DNA from: Iphinoe sp. HA4291-MV1
Lineage (GTDB): Bacteria; Cyanobacteriota; Cyanobacteriia; Cyanobacteriales; Nostocaceae
Reading direction: 5' to 3'
Assembly (NCBI GenBank): GCA_019359415.1
Contig: JAHHHH010000023.1
Coordinates: 1-48,000 of the forward strand
DNA: 48,000 nt
Positions 7,728 to 18,447 of the stretch are shown here, piece after piece. Both the position numbers and the translations under genes were made by a program. Numbering within the stretch: position 1 is the stretch's first letter; each line of letters starts with the position of its first letter. The notes under the pieces were generated by a model. The model was not told the origin of the DNA, made no database searches, and saw nothing but the letters and a program-made list of their open reading frames with translations.

Positions 7728-10700
7728 TCGTCTGGGAGCGTTCTAGGTAAACCTGTAGCTTTTCAGCTAGAACCTGGACATTTGGTTTGCTAATCATACT
7801 GTAGTGATCGCCCGGAACCAAGTGGAGCTCTACCCCTTGATTTGCTAACTTGTTCCAGCCTAGGGTTAGGTCCTCAGAATCTGCTTCTACTTCCTCCTGT
7901 GCTAAGAAAAGGGTAATCTTGCCTGGATAAGGTTGGGGGCTGTAGTTGTTTGCGGCTTGGATATGGCTTTTAAAAACTTGCTGTAGACGTTGTGCTTGAG
8001 CTAGTTCCAATTCTGGCGGTATCCCTAATAATGCGCCATTATTCCCCGTAAGTAAATCTTCTAAGAAAGCTACGTCGTCTGCTTCATTTAACTCTTCGTC
8101 CTCTGTAACAGGATAAGTATCTAGCAACGCCAACAAAGACACCTGCTGACCTTGGGCTTGGAGTTGCTGAGCCATTTCAAAGGCTACAAGTCCACCAAAG
8201 CTCCAACCTCCGAGAAGGTAGGGACCTTGCGGCTGAACAGTCTGCATTGCTTCAATGTAATGAGCTGCCATGTCTTCGACCTGAGTGTAAGGCTTGTGTT
8301 CCTCATCCAAACCTAGTGATTCCAGCCCATAAAATGGTTGTTCTGGATCTAGGTGACGCGCTAAATCAACGTACGCTAGAACAGTACCAACACCAGGATG
8401 GACGCAGAAGAAAGGTCGCTTAAAGCCGCCCGACTGAATTGGTACTAGGGTAGACCAAGAGGGAGAATCGGTTGAGGCGCGCAAAAGACTCGCCAGGTGT
8501 TCAATCGTTCCAACTTGGAAGAGTGCAGCCAGGGGCAGATTTTTTCCGAATTGCTGCTGAATCCGAGCCATCAAGCTTATGGCTAAAAGGGAATGACCAC
8601 CGAGATCAAAGAAGTTGTCCCGAACTCCAATAGGATGGACATCCAGAACTTGTTCCCAGATTTGCACCAGTTGCAGTTCTAAGATGTCACTGGGAGGGAC
8701 AAAGTTGTCCTTTAAACTCAGTTTCATATCCGGTGCAGGCAAGGCACGACGATCTACTTTGCCGTTGGGAGTTAGGGGCATCTTCTCCAAACTCACAACC
8801 GCTGATGGTACCATGTACTCGGGTAGTTTCTCCTTGAGGAAATTGCGCAGCTCAGTGGTGCTGACACCAGGTTCGGAGTTGGGAACGACATAACCCACAA
8901 GCTGCTTGTTGCCTGGTTGGTCTTCCCTTGCGATCGCCACCGCTTCCTGCACACTGGGGTGTTGACTCAGCAGTGCCTCTATTTCTCCCAACTCAATGCG
9001 AAAACCGCGAATCTTCACTTGCTGATCAATACGACCGAGAAACTCGATGTTGCCATCAGGTAGATAACGGGCTTTGTCGCCGGTTTTATACAGCCGATTG
9101 AATTTTGAATTTTGAATTTTGAATTTTGAATTTTCAAAGGGGTTGGGGATGAATTTCTCTAGTGTCAACTCTGGGCGATTGAGGTAACCCCTGGCTAAGC
9201 CAGCACCACCGATATACAATTCCCCAGGAACTCCTATAGGAACGCTTTGAAGATGGCAGTCTAGAATATAGACTTGGGTGTTAGCGAGCGGGCGACCGAT
9301 GGGTGGTACAGATTCGCCGTCGGTGCAAACAGCGGTGGTAGCACAGACAGTTGATTCAGTTGGTCCATAACCATTGAAGAAGCGTCGGTTACTAGACCAT
9401 TGCGCTACTAAATTAGGAGGACAAGCTTCTCCCGCCACGATGATAGTCTGCCAGTCTGGCAGTTCCGCAGTAGGCATGGCAGCGAGCGCTGACGGAGGAA
9501 GCGTAGCGTGGGTAATAGCCTGATTATGCATCAGCGAAATCAAAGCTGGTCCTGGAAGCAGAGATTCCCGCGTTCCCAGGCAAAGCCGCGCTCCTGCACA
9601 AAGGGTCATGACAACTTCCGAAATTGAGGCATCGAAACTAAAGGAAGCGAATTGCAGAACACGGCTATGAGATTGGACATCAAAAATGCGAATCTGTTCT
9701 AAAGCAAGGTTGCACAATCCCTGGTGAGCGACAAGGACGCCCTTCGGCTTTCCTGTAGACCCGGAGGTGTAAATCACATAAGCTAAGTTACTCGCTTGCA
9801 CACCAGTGCTTGGATTGTCTTGAGTTTGCCCACAAATGACCCCCCAGTCTGCATCCAAGCAAACCACAGGTGCTGTATGCTCAGGCAGATTTGCCGCCAA
9901 CTTTTGTTGAGTTAACAGCACCTTAACCTGGGAATCTGATAACATGAAGCTTAATCTTTCCTGGGGATATGCTGGGTCTAAAGGTACATAAGCACCACCC
10001 GCTTTGAGAATTCCCAGCAGTCCCACTATCATTTCTAAAGAACGCTCGACGCAGATACCTACGAGTATCTCCGGTTCGACTCCCAAAGTCTTGAGGTAGT
10101 GCGCCAGTTGATTGGCACGTGCATTTAATTGTTGATATGTCAACTGCTGATTTTCAAAGACTACCGCCACTGCGTCCGGTGTCCGTTCCACTTGTTGTTC
10201 AAACAATTGATGGATACACTTATCAGTAGGATATTCTACTTGGGTATCATTCCACTCAAAGAGCAACTGATGTTGCTCGGCTGTACTCAGCAGTGGTAAT
10301 TGAGCAACTGATTGCTCTTGATTAGCTACGATGCCTTCGAGTAAGTTTTGGAAATGTGCAATCATCCGCGCAATCGTGGTCGCATCAAATAAATCGCTGT
10401 TGTACACCAATTCCCCACTCAGTCCTGCTTCCGTTTCCTCCATTGACAACAGCAAATCATGAGTTGCTGTGACTTCCTCCTGTCCCACGAAGGGAGTGAT
10501 GGTCAAACCTGGCAATTCCAGTTCTTCCCCAGGAGTATTCTGCAAGATGAACATTACCTGGAACAGGGGGGAATAGCTCAACGAACGCTCTGGTTGCAGT
10601 TCCTCGACCAGCTTCTCGAAGGGCAAGTCCTGGTGAGCATATGCTCCTAAAGTCATCTCGCGCACCCGTTCTAAAAGCTCACTGAAAGTCGGATTTCCCT

Positions 10701-13700
10701 GAAGTTGGGTACGTAACACCAATGTGTTGACAAAAAAGCCAATGAGTGATTCTATTTCACTATGATTGCGGTTGGCGATCGCAGAACCAACGACGATGTC
10801 CTCCTGACCACTGTAACGTGAGAGTAAAGTGGTAAAAGCTGCAAGCAGGGTCATAAACAGGGTTACACCTGACTGCTGGCTCAGTGTCTTGAGTTTGAGC
10901 GTCAGTTCCCAACTGAGTTGAAATTCTTCAATGCCACCTTGGAATGTCTGTACTGCTGGGCGGGGGCGATCAGTGGGCAGTTCCAATAACGGCGGTGCTC
11001 CTGCTAACTGTTGCTTCCAGTAGTCCAGTTGCGTTTGCAGCACTTCCCCACTGAGCCATTCGCGTTGCCAAGCAGCAAAGTCGGCATATTGAATTGGCAA
11101 CTCTGGTAAGGGGGAAGGCTCCCCTGCACAGAAAGCTTCATAGAGTGCAGACAACTCGTGGATGAGTACCCCCATCGACCAGCCATCAGAAACGATGTGG
11201 TGCATCACCAGTAGCAGTACATGGGATTGTTCCTCCAACCGCAGCAAAGTGACTCGCAGGAGTGGACCATTTGAGAGGTCAAAGGGACGTTGAGCTTCTT
11301 CGCTGGCTAACTGTCCCACCTTAGTGGACTGCTCCTCTTGAGGCAGATGTTGCAGGTCTATCATCGGTAAAGCCACGGTTAAGCTGGGGGCGATGACCTG
11401 TACTGGGGAGCCGTTCACCATCTTAAAAGTCGTGCGCAGAATTTCGTGACGCCGCACGATTTCTTGTATAGCCATTTCCAGAGCGGCTACGTTAAGGGAA
11501 CCGATGAGACGCAGGGGATCTGGTATATTATAAGTGGCAGTTTTTCCCTCCAATTGGTCGAGGAACCACAGTCTAGTTTGAGCAAAGGACAGGGGTAAGT
11601 CTGCGTTCCGTGGAACCGATTTGATGGCAGGCGCATACAACCCCAAATCAGTATGGCGAGTAACTTCTATGAACTCGCTCAGTTCTGCTACAGTGGGGAA
11701 TTCAAACAAACGACGTAGGGGCAGATCCACCTCGAATACAGAGCGTAAGCGAGAAATCACCTGAGTCGCCAACAGAGAATGTCCTCCCAACTCAAAGAAG
11801 TTGTCGTGAATACCAACTTGTTTAAGATCAAGGACTTGTGCCCACAGCTGGGCTAGAATCTCTTCACTAGGAGTGCGCGGAGCAACAAAGCTGTCTTGAC
11901 CCAATTCAAAATCTGGCGCTGGAAGTGCTTTGCGGTCAACCTTGCCGTTAGGGCTGAGGGGCATTTTCTCCAAAGTGACGAATGCTGAGGGCACCATGTA
12001 ATCTGGCAGTTTCTCCTTGAGGAAACTACGCAGTTCATTACTGGTAACAGTTAGCTCAGGGTTGGGAACGACATAAGCAACTAGGCGCTTGTTTGCAGAT
12101 TGGTCTTCACTTGGGTTGACCACCGCCTCCTGTACACAAGGGTTTTGACTCAGTATCGCCTCAATTTCTCCCAACTCAATACGGAAGCCGCGAATCTTTA
12201 CCTGGTAATCAATACGACCAAGAAATTCGATATTGCCGTCACTAAGGTAACGGGCTTTATCACCAGTTTTATACAGACGTGCACCCTCTTGTTGGATAAA
12301 GGGGTCAGCAAGAAAAGCCCGTTGTGTCTGTTGTGGATTATTGAGATAACCACGTCCCACACCAACACCGCCTACGTAGAGTTCTCCAGCCACTCCAATG
12401 GGTGCTGGTTGCAGTTGGCTGTCGAGTACATACAGTTGTGTATTCAACACTGGACGACCAATCGGCAGGTTCAGTATTTCCTCTGAAGGAGGCTCACAAA
12501 TTGGGTAATGGGTGACATCATCTGAGCACTCCGTGGGACCATAGGCATTCAACATTGGGATTGTCGGGTAGTACTCCAACCACTGACGACACAACTGTGG
12601 TGGCAAAGCTTCACCTGTTAGGAGCAACCAACGCAACTCGGACAGTTGGGGTCGAGTAGAACCATTGGGTTCTATCTCCTGGAGTATCATACGCAACAGC
12701 GACGGCACAATCTCTAGAATTGATATTCCCTGAGTTTCCACCAGTTTCAGCAGTTGGGCAGGAGTTGCTGCAATTTCATGGCGGACAATCTCAACTCGTC
12801 CACCCACCAGCAGTGCTGCCAAAAATTGCCAAACACTGATATCAAAAGTCTGAGTCGCAGTTTGCGCCACTACGTCGGTAGCACTTAACTCTAACGTCTC
12901 TACCTTTGCATACAAATGATTCAGCATCCCCCGATGTTCCAGCATTGCTCCCTTGGGCAAACCTGTTGAACCTGAGGTGTAAATCACATACGCGAGATTA
13001 TCGCTTCGAGAACGCACTGGTAGGTTTTCACTTGAGTGCTGTTGTGCGTCCATCTCCTCAAGCCGCAGCAATTTTGGTGCTGTTCCTTCCAGGTTCCCAA
13101 GCGCAGAGATGACTATCGGTTCAAACTCGCTGGCGCTCAGCACTAAGGGCACCTGACTTTGCTCCAACACCTGGCGTATCCGCTCGACTGGATGCTGGGG
13201 ATTGAGCGGTAAGTATGCACCACCTGCTTTGAATACTGCTAGTATTGCTGTTAAGAAATCTATGTTGCGACGCAGGAGCAAAGCGACTATTGTTTCTGGA
13301 CCTACTCCAAACTCGACCAGATGTCTTGCCCAACGATTGGCGCGGGCGTTCAACTCATCGTAAGTGAGTTGCTGGTTTTCAAACACCACTGCGACTGCAT
13401 CTGGAGTGAGTGCTACCTGTGCTTCAAACAACTGAGGAAAACACTCTTTTCGAGGATACTCAACTTGGGTATCATTCCACTCTATCAGTAATTGATGTCG
13501 CTCGGCGGCACTCAGCATTGGTAATTGGGCAACGCTTTGTTGAGGACTAGCAACGATGCTTTCCAGTAAGGTTTGGAAATGTCCAATCATCCGCCTAATC
13601 GTGGTAGCATCAAATAAATCGCTTTTGTATACCAATTCCCCACTCAGCAGCCCTGCTTCCGTTTCTTCCATTGCCAGAAGCAAATCATCCTTTGCCGCGA

Positions 13701-15069
13701 CGCCCTCCAGTTCCAAGGGAGTTAGGGTAAGACCAGGCAGTTCCAGTTCATCGTCCGAGGCATTCTGCAAAATGAACATCACCTGGTACAGGGGGGCATG
13801 ACTCAAAGAACGCTCTGGTTGGAGTTCTTCGACCAGTTTTTCAAAGGGCAAGTCTTGATGGGCATAGGCTCCCAAGGTGATCTCGCGCACTCGTTCTAGA
13901 AGCTCACCGAAAGTAGGATTTCCCTGAAATTGGGTGCGTAGCACCAAGATATTGATAAAGAAGCCAATGAGCGACTCAATTTCACTGCGGTTGCGGTTGG
14001 CGATGAGGGAGCCAATGACGATGTCATCCTGACCACTGTAGCGTGAGAGTAAAGTGGCAAAAGCCGCTAGCAGAGTCATAAACAAGGTTACGCCTGATTG
14101 TTTGCTCAGAATTTTGAGCTTTTGCGTTAGCTCCCGATTGAGTTCAAATTCTTCACTACCACCTTGGAAGGTTTGAACTGATGGGCGGGGGCGATCGGTG
14201 GGGAGTTCCAGCAGGGGCGGTGCTCCTGCTAACTGTTGCTTCCAGTAGCCCAGTTGTGTTTGCAATACCTCACCAGTGAGCCACTGGCGTTGCCAAGCAG
14301 CAAAGTCCGCATATTGGATTGGTAATTCAGGTAAGGGAGAAGGCTTTCCTGCACAGAAAGCTTCATAGAGTGCAGATAACTCGCGGATGAATACCCCCAT
14401 CGACCAGCCATCAGAAATGATGTGGTGCATCGCCAGTAGCAGCACATGGGATTGTTCCCCCAGGCGTAGCAAACTCACTCGCAGTAGGGGACCGTTTGAA
14501 AGGCTGAAGGGGCGTTCAAAGTCGTTATTGGCTAACCATTGGACCTGTGTTGACTGCTCCTGTTTGGGCAAATGTTGCAGGTCGATGATTGGCACAGTTA
14601 TGGTTAAGGTAGGGGTAATAACCTGTGCTGGTGAGCCATTCACCATCTTAAAGGTGGTACGCAGAACTTCGTGACGGCGTATTATTTCTTGTACTGCCAT
14701 TTCCAGAGCGACTACGTTGAGGGAACCAATGAGGCGCATGGTCAATGGTATGCCGTAGGCAGCTTCCCCCTCCAGTTGGTCGATAAACCATAATCTAGTT
14801 TGAGCAAAAGATAGGGGCAGATCTATATTTCGGGGGACTGGAGTAATAGACTCAAAACTAGAATTTGAGTTCAGATTAACCTGCTGCAGAAAATTAATAA
14901 TTTCTACTTTGCGCTCAGCTAATTGAGCACGTATATCTGGTGTCAGTCTTCCCTTTGGAGCGTTACAGCGGAGGCGAACCTCCCCCAAAGTAGTTCCGTT
15001 AACACTCTCTACCCACAGCTGTATATCCAGATTGGCTAGATCAGACAAAAATTCTTCAATATTTTTCAT
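7720..15069 (-). CDS. NRPS, two modules plus thioesterase: docking-C-A-T-C-A-T-TE (modules 5 and 6)
   Basis: N-terminal TubC-like docking domain (MKNIEEFLSDLANLDIQLWVE...LRCNAPKGRLTPDIRAQLAERKVEIINFL). Approximate domain positions: C ~13520-14825 (LSFAQTRLWF, MHHIISDGWS); A ~11930-13440 (LAYVIYTSGSTGLPKG, NAYGPTECSDDV, YKTGD, GRIDYQVKIRGFRIELGEIE); T ~11690-11890 (FFELGGHSL); C ~10290-11600; A ~8750-10230 (SFDASISE, NGYGPTESTVCAT); T ~8520-8720 (FFDLGGHSL); TE ~7723-8470 (GWSFGG, GDHYSM). Confidence 0.95.
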   Translation of the reverse strand: MKNIEEFLSDLANLDIQLWVESVNGTTLGEVRLRCNAPKGRLTPDIRAQLAERKVEIINFLQQVNLNSNSSFESITPVPRNIDLPLSFAQTRLWFIDQLEGEAAYGIPLTMRLIGSLNVVALEMAVQEIIRRHEVLRTTFKMVNGSPAQVITPTLTITVPIIDLQHLPKQEQSTQVQWLANNDFERPFSLSNGPLLRVSLLRLGEQSHVLLLAMHHIISDGWSMGVFIRELSALYEAFCAGKPSPLPELPIQYADFAAWQRQWLTGEVLQTQLGYWKQQLAGAPPLLELPTDRPRPSVQTFQGGSEEFELNRELTQKLKILSKQSGVTLFMTLLAAFATLLSRYSGQDDIVIGSLIANRNRSEIESLIGFFINILVLRTQFQGNPTFGELLERVREITLGAYAHQDLPFEKLVEELQPERSLSHAPLYQVMFILQNASDDELELPGLTLTPLELEGVAAKDDLLLAMEETEAGLLSGELVYKSDLFDATTIRRMIGHFQTLLESIVASPQQSVAQLPMLSAAERHQLLIEWNDTQVEYPRKECFPQLFEAQVALTPDAVAVVFENQQLTYDELNARANRWARHLVEFGVGPETIVALLLRRNIDFLTAILAVFKAGGAYLPLNPQHPVERIRQVLEQSQVPLVLSASEFEPIVISALGNLEGTAPKLLRLEEMDAQQHSSENLPVRSRSDNLAYVIYTSGSTGLPKGAMLEHRGMLNHLYAKVETLELSATDVVAQTATQTFDISVWQFLAALLVGGRVEIVRHEIAATPAQLLKLVETQGISILEIVPSLLRMILQEIEPNGSTRPQLSELRWLLLTGEALPPQLCRQWLEYYPTIPMLNAYGPTECSDDVTHYPICEPPSEEILNLPIGRPVLNTQLYVLDSQLQPAPIGVAGELYVGGVGVGRGYLNNPQQTQRAFLADPFIQQEGARLYKTGDKARYLSDGNIEFLGRIDYQVKIRGFRIELGEIEAILSQNPCVQEAVVNPSEDQSANKRLVAYVVPNPELTVTSNELRSFLKEKLPDYMVPSAFVTLEKMPLSPNGKVDRKALPAPDFELGQDSFVAPRTPSEEILAQLWAQVLDLKQVGIHDNFFELGGHSLLATQVISRLRSVFEVDLPLRRLFEFPTVAELSEFIEVTRHTDLGLYAPAIKSVPRNADLPLSFAQTRLWFLDQLEGKTATYNIPDPLRLIGSLNVAALEMAIQEIVRRHEILRTTFKMVNGSPVQVIAPSLTVALPMIDLQHLPQEEQSTKVGQLASEEAQRPFDLSNGPLLRVTLLRLEEQSHVLLLVMHHIVSDGWSMGVLIHELSALYEAFCAGEPSPLPELPIQYADFAAWQREWLSGEVLQTQLDYWKQQLAGAPPLLELPTDRPRPAVQTFQGGIEEFQLSWELTLKLKTLSQQSGVTLFMTLLAAFTTLLSRYSGQEDIVVGSAIANRNHSEIESLIGFFVNTLVLRTQLQGNPTFSELLERVREMTLGAYAHQDLPFEKLVEELQPERSLSYSPLFQVMFILQNTPGEELELPGLTITPFVGQEEVTATHDLLLSMEETEAGLSGELVYNSDLFDATTIARMIAHFQNLLEGIVANQEQSVAQLPLLSTAEQHQLLFEWNDTQVEYPTDKCIHQLFEQQVERTPDAVAVVFENQQLTYQQLNARANQLAHYLKTLGVEPEILVGICVERSLEMIVGLLGILKAGGAYVPLDPAYPQERLSFMLSDSQVKVLLTQQKLAANLPEHTAPVVCLDADWGVICGQTQDNPSTGVQASNLAYVIYTSGSTGKPKGVLVAHQGLCNLALEQIRIFDVQSHSRVLQFASFSFDASISEVVMTLCAGARLCLGTRESLLPGPALISLMHNQAITHATLPPSALAAMPTAELPDWQTIIVAGEACPPNLVAQWSSNRRFFNGYGPTESTVCATTAVCTDGESVPPIGRPLANTQVYILDCHLQSVPIGVPGELYIGGAGLARGYLNRPELTLEKFIPNPFENSKFKIQNSKFNRLYKTGDKARYLPDGNIEFLGRIDQQVKIRGFRIELGEIEALLSQHPSVQEAVAIAREDQPGNKQLVGYVVPNSEPGVSTTELRNFLKEKLPEYMVPSAVVSLEKMPLTPNGKVDRRALPAPDMKLSLKDNFVPPSDILELQLVQIWEQVLDVHPIGVRDNFFDLGGHSLLAISLMARIQQQFGKNLPLAALFQVGTIEHLASLLRASTDSPSWSTLVPIQSGGFKRPFFCVHPGVGTVLAYVDLARHLDPEQPFYGLESLGLDEEHKPYTQVEDMAAHYIEAMQTVQPQGPYLLGGWSFGGLVAFEMAQQLQAQGQQVSLLALLDTYPVTEDEELNEADDVAFLEDLLTGNNGALLGIPPELELAQAQRLQQVFKSHIQAANNYSPQPYPGKITLFLAQEEVEADSEDLTLGWNKLANQGVELHLVPGDHYSMISKPNVQVLAEKLQVYLERSQTND
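9098..9137. repeat. Tandem heptamer AATTTTG x5 inside the A-domain coding sequence
   Basis: aattttg repeats at 9101, 9108, 9115 and 9122, then aattttc at 9129. On the minus strand this is translated as ENSKFKIQNSKFN, between NPF and RLYKTGD. Confidence 0.9.
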
Positions 15070-18000
15070 AGCTCTATTTCCTCCCGCTCCTCTAAGTCAT
15101 AACTAGAACTGGCTTTTAACTTTTGCACTGTCGAACGAATCTTCTCGATGCTCTCGGCTAAGTCAGCTACAGTGGGAAATTCAAACAAACGACGTAGGGG
15201 CAGATCCACCTCGAACACAGAGCGTAAGCGAGAAATCACCTGAGTCGCCAGCAGGGAATGTCCACCCAATTCAAAGAAGTTGTCGTGAATCCCCACTTGT
15301 TTAAGATTGAGGATTTCCGCCCATAGCTTCGCTAGAATCTCTTCGGTAAGAGTGCGGGGAGCAACAAAGCTGTCTTTGAGACTCAATTCAAGATCTGGCG
15401 CTGGAAGTGCCTTGCGGTCAACCTTACCGTTGGGAGTTAGAGGCATCTTCTCCAAAGTGACGAACGCTGATGGTACCATGTAATCTGGCAGTTTATCCTT
15501 GAGGAAATTGCGCAGTTCACTACTGGTAACAGTTAGCTCAGAATTAGGAACGACATAAGCAACTAGGCGCTTGTTTGCAGATTGATCACCACAAGGGTTG
15601 ACCACTGCCTCCTGCACACAAGGGTGTTGACTCAGTATCGCCTCAATTTCTCCCAACTCAATACGGAAGCCGCGAATCTTCACCTGGTAATCAATACGAC
15701 CGAGAAATTCGATGTTGCCGTCCGGGAGATAACGCGCTTTATCACCAGTTTTATACAGACGTGCACCCTCTTGTTGCGTAAAGGGGTCAGCAAGAAAAGC
15801 CTTTTGTGTCTGTTGTGGATTGTTAAGATAACCACGTCCCACACCAACTCCGCCGACGTAGAGTTCTCCAGCTACTCCAATCGGTACGGGTTGCAGTTGG
15901 CTGTCGAGTACGTAAAGCTGTGTATTCAACACCGCACGACCAATCGGTAGATTCAGTATTTCCTCAGAAGGTGGTGAGAAGATTGGATAATGGGTGACAT
16001 CATCTGAACACTCTGTCGGACCATAGGCATTCATCATCGGGATTGTTGGGTAGTACTCCAACCACTGACGACACAACTGTGGTGGCAGAGCTTCACCCGT
16101 TAGCAGCAACCAATGTAAGGCGGACAACTCAGGTTTGGCAGAATCATTGGCTTCTATTTCCTGGAGTATCATGCGCAACAGCGATGGCACTATCTCTAGA
16201 ATCGATATTCCTTGATGTTCTACTACTGTTAGCAGTTGGGCAGGATCTGCGGCGATCTCATCACGGACAATGTGAACCTGTCCACCGACTAGCAGTGCTA
16301 CTAGAAATTGCCAGACACTAATATCAAAACTTGCAGGAGCGGTTTGCGCTACCACATCGTTTGCATTTAGATGCAAATCTTGTGCCTTGGCATATAAATG
16401 ATTTAACATCCCCCGATGCTCCAGCATTGCCCCCTTAGGTTTACCCGTGGAACCCGAAGTATAAATGACATACGCTAAGTTGTCTGGCTTTGAACGCACA
16501 GGAAGGTTTTCACTTGAGTGCTGTTGTTCTTCCAGTTGTGAGATGTACAACAACTGTGGTGTTGTCCCTTCCAGATTTGTCAGTGCAGAGGTAACTATCG
16601 GTTCAAACTCGCTGGCACTCAACACCAAGGGCACCTGACTTTGCTCGAATACCTGGCGTATCCGCTCAACTGGATGATGTGGATTGAGCGGTAGATACGC
16701 CCCACCTGCTTTGAACACCGCTAGCACTGCTGTCAACAAATCTATATTGCGATCGCTCAACAAGGCAACCACTGTCTGTGCACCAACTCCAAGTTCTACC
16801 AGATGCCTTGCCCAACGATTAGCGCGGGCGTTTAATTGCTGGTAAGTCAACGCAGAGTTTTCAAACACCACTGCCACTGCATCCGGAGTGCGTGCCACTT
16901 GTGCTTCAAACAACTGGGGAAAACACTCTTCTAGGGGATATTCTGCTTTTGTATCATTGTATTCAAAGAGTAACTGATGCCGCTCGGCTGTACTCAGCAT
17001 TGGTAATTGAGCAACGCTTTGCTGGGGATTGGCTACAATACCTTCGAGCAAGGTTTGGAAATGTCCAATCATCCGCTTGATCGTGGTAGCATCAAACAAA
17101 TCCCTGTTGTACAGCAATTCCCCAGTTAGTCCTGCGTTTGTTTCCTCCATCGACAAAAGCAAATCATCAGTTGCGGTGACTTCCTCAACTTCTAAGGGAG
17201 TGATAGTCAAACCAGGCAGTTCCAGTTTCCCCATCGGGGCATTCTGCAAGATGAACATCACTTGGAACAGAGGGGAATGACTCAACGAACGCTCTGGTTG
17301 CAGTTCTTCGACCAGTTTTTCAAAGGGCAAGTCCTGGTGGGCATAAGCTCCCAAGGTGATCTCGCGCACCTGTTCTAAAAGCTCGCTGAAAGTAGGATTT
17401 CCCTGAAATTGGGTGCGTAGCACCAGTGTGTTGGTAAAGAAGCCAATGAGCGACTCAATTTCACTGCGGTTGCGGTTGGCGATCGGAGAGCCAATAACTA
17501 TGTCCTCCTGACCACTGTAGCGTGAGAGTAAAGTGGCAAAAGCCGCCAACAGCGTCATAAACAGGGTTACGCCTGATTGCTGACTCAGAGTCTTGAGCTT
17601 TTGTGTCACCTCCGGATTCAGTTGAAAGTATTCGTTGCTTCCTCGGAAAGTTTGAATCGACGGGCGGGGGCGATCAGTGGGGAGTTCCAGTAAAGGTGGT
17701 GCTCCTGCTAAGTGTTGCTTCCAGTAGTCCAGTTGCGTTTGCAGCACTTCTCCACTGAGCCACTCGCGTTGCCAATCAGCAAAGTCTGCATATTGAATCG
17801 GCAACTCTGGTAAACCAGTTCGCGTAGCGTCTCGCAGAGAAGGCTCTCCACCACAGAAAGCTTTATACAGTGCAGACAACTCGTGAATGAATACCCCCAT
17901 CGACCAGCCATCAGAAACAATATGGTGCATAGTTAGTAGCAGCACATGGGATTGTTCTTCCAACCGCAGCAAACTCACTCGCAGCAGTGGACCATTTGAG

Positions 18001-18446
18001 AGGTCAAAAGGTCGTTGAGCTTCTTCGCTGGCTAGCCGTTGCACCACAGCTGACTGCTCCTGTTGAGGCAGATGTTGTAAGTCTACCACTGGTAGGGTCA
18101 TTGTTAAACTGGGGGCAATGACCTGCATTGGGGAGCCACTGCCGTGCGCGGGTTTCCCACGTTGAGGCATGTGGCGTGAGTCATTCACCATCTTAAAAGT
18201 CGTGCGCAGAACTTCGTGACGCTGCACGATTTCTTGCACAGTCATCTCCAGAGCAACTACGTTGAGGGAACCGATGAGGTGCAGAGCTGCTGATATGTTG
18301 TAGGTGGCAGTTTCCCCCTCCAATTGGTCGAGGAGCCACAGTCTAGCTTGGGCAAAAGAGGCAGGAAAAACGAAGACATCTTCCTGGAAAGTATCCAGAG
18401 TATTCTCTGTCGCGGTTTGGGAATCTTCGGTAATATACTGGGTCAT
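15066..18446 (-). CDS. NRPS, one module: C-A-T (module 4) with an acidic C-terminal docking tail
   Basis: I place the start at ATG 18446 (MTQYITEDS), 1 nt from the upstream stop at 18448-18450. The ORF-track start at 18485 would overlap by 38 nt. Approximate domains: C ~17000-18370 (FPASFAQARLW, MHHIVSDGWS), A ~15420-16960 (FDISVWQ, NAYGPTECSDDV), T ~15160-15380 (FFELGGHSL). The stop overlaps the next start as ATGA (15066-15069). Confidence 0.93.
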   Translation of the reverse strand: MTQYITEDSQTATENTLDTFQEDVFVFPASFAQARLWLLDQLEGETATYNISAALHLIGSLNVVALEMTVQEIVQRHEVLRTTFKMVNDSRHMPQRGKPAHGSGSPMQVIAPSLTMTLPVVDLQHLPQQEQSAVVQRLASEEAQRPFDLSNGPLLRVSLLRLEEQSHVLLLTMHHIVSDGWSMGVFIHELSALYKAFCGGEPSLRDATRTGLPELPIQYADFADWQREWLSGEVLQTQLDYWKQHLAGAPPLLELPTDRPRPSIQTFRGSNEYFQLNPEVTQKLKTLSQQSGVTLFMTLLAAFATLLSRYSGQEDIVIGSPIANRNRSEIESLIGFFTNTLVLRTQFQGNPTFSELLEQVREITLGAYAHQDLPFEKLVEELQPERSLSHSPLFQVMFILQNAPMGKLELPGLTITPLEVEEVTATDDLLLSMEETNAGLTGELLYNRDLFDATTIKRMIGHFQTLLEGIVANPQQSVAQLPMLSTAERHQLLFEYNDTKAEYPLEECFPQLFEAQVARTPDAVAVVFENSALTYQQLNARANRWARHLVELGVGAQTVVALLSDRNIDLLTAVLAVFKAGGAYLPLNPHHPVERIRQVFEQSQVPLVLSASEFEPIVTSALTNLEGTTPQLLYISQLEEQQHSSENLPVRSKPDNLAYVIYTSGSTGKPKGAMLEHRGMLNHLYAKAQDLHLNANDVVAQTAPASFDISVWQFLVALLVGGQVHIVRDEIAADPAQLLTVVEHQGISILEIVPSLLRMILQEIEANDSAKPELSALHWLLLTGEALPPQLCRQWLEYYPTIPMMNAYGPTECSDDVTHYPIFSPPSEEILNLPIGRAVLNTQLYVLDSQLQPVPIGVAGELYVGGVGVGRGYLNNPQQTQKAFLADPFTQQEGARLYKTGDKARYLPDGNIEFLGRIDYQVKIRGFRIELGEIEAILSQHPCVQEAVVNPCGDQSANKRLVAYVVPNSELTVTSSELRNFLKDKLPDYMVPSAFVTLEKMPLTPNGKVDRKALPAPDLELSLKDSFVAPRTLTEEILAKLWAEILNLKQVGIHDNFFELGGHSLLATQVISRLRSVFEVDLPLRRLFEFPTVADLAESIEKIRSTVQKLKASSSYDLEEREEIEL

Positions 18447-18447
18447 C

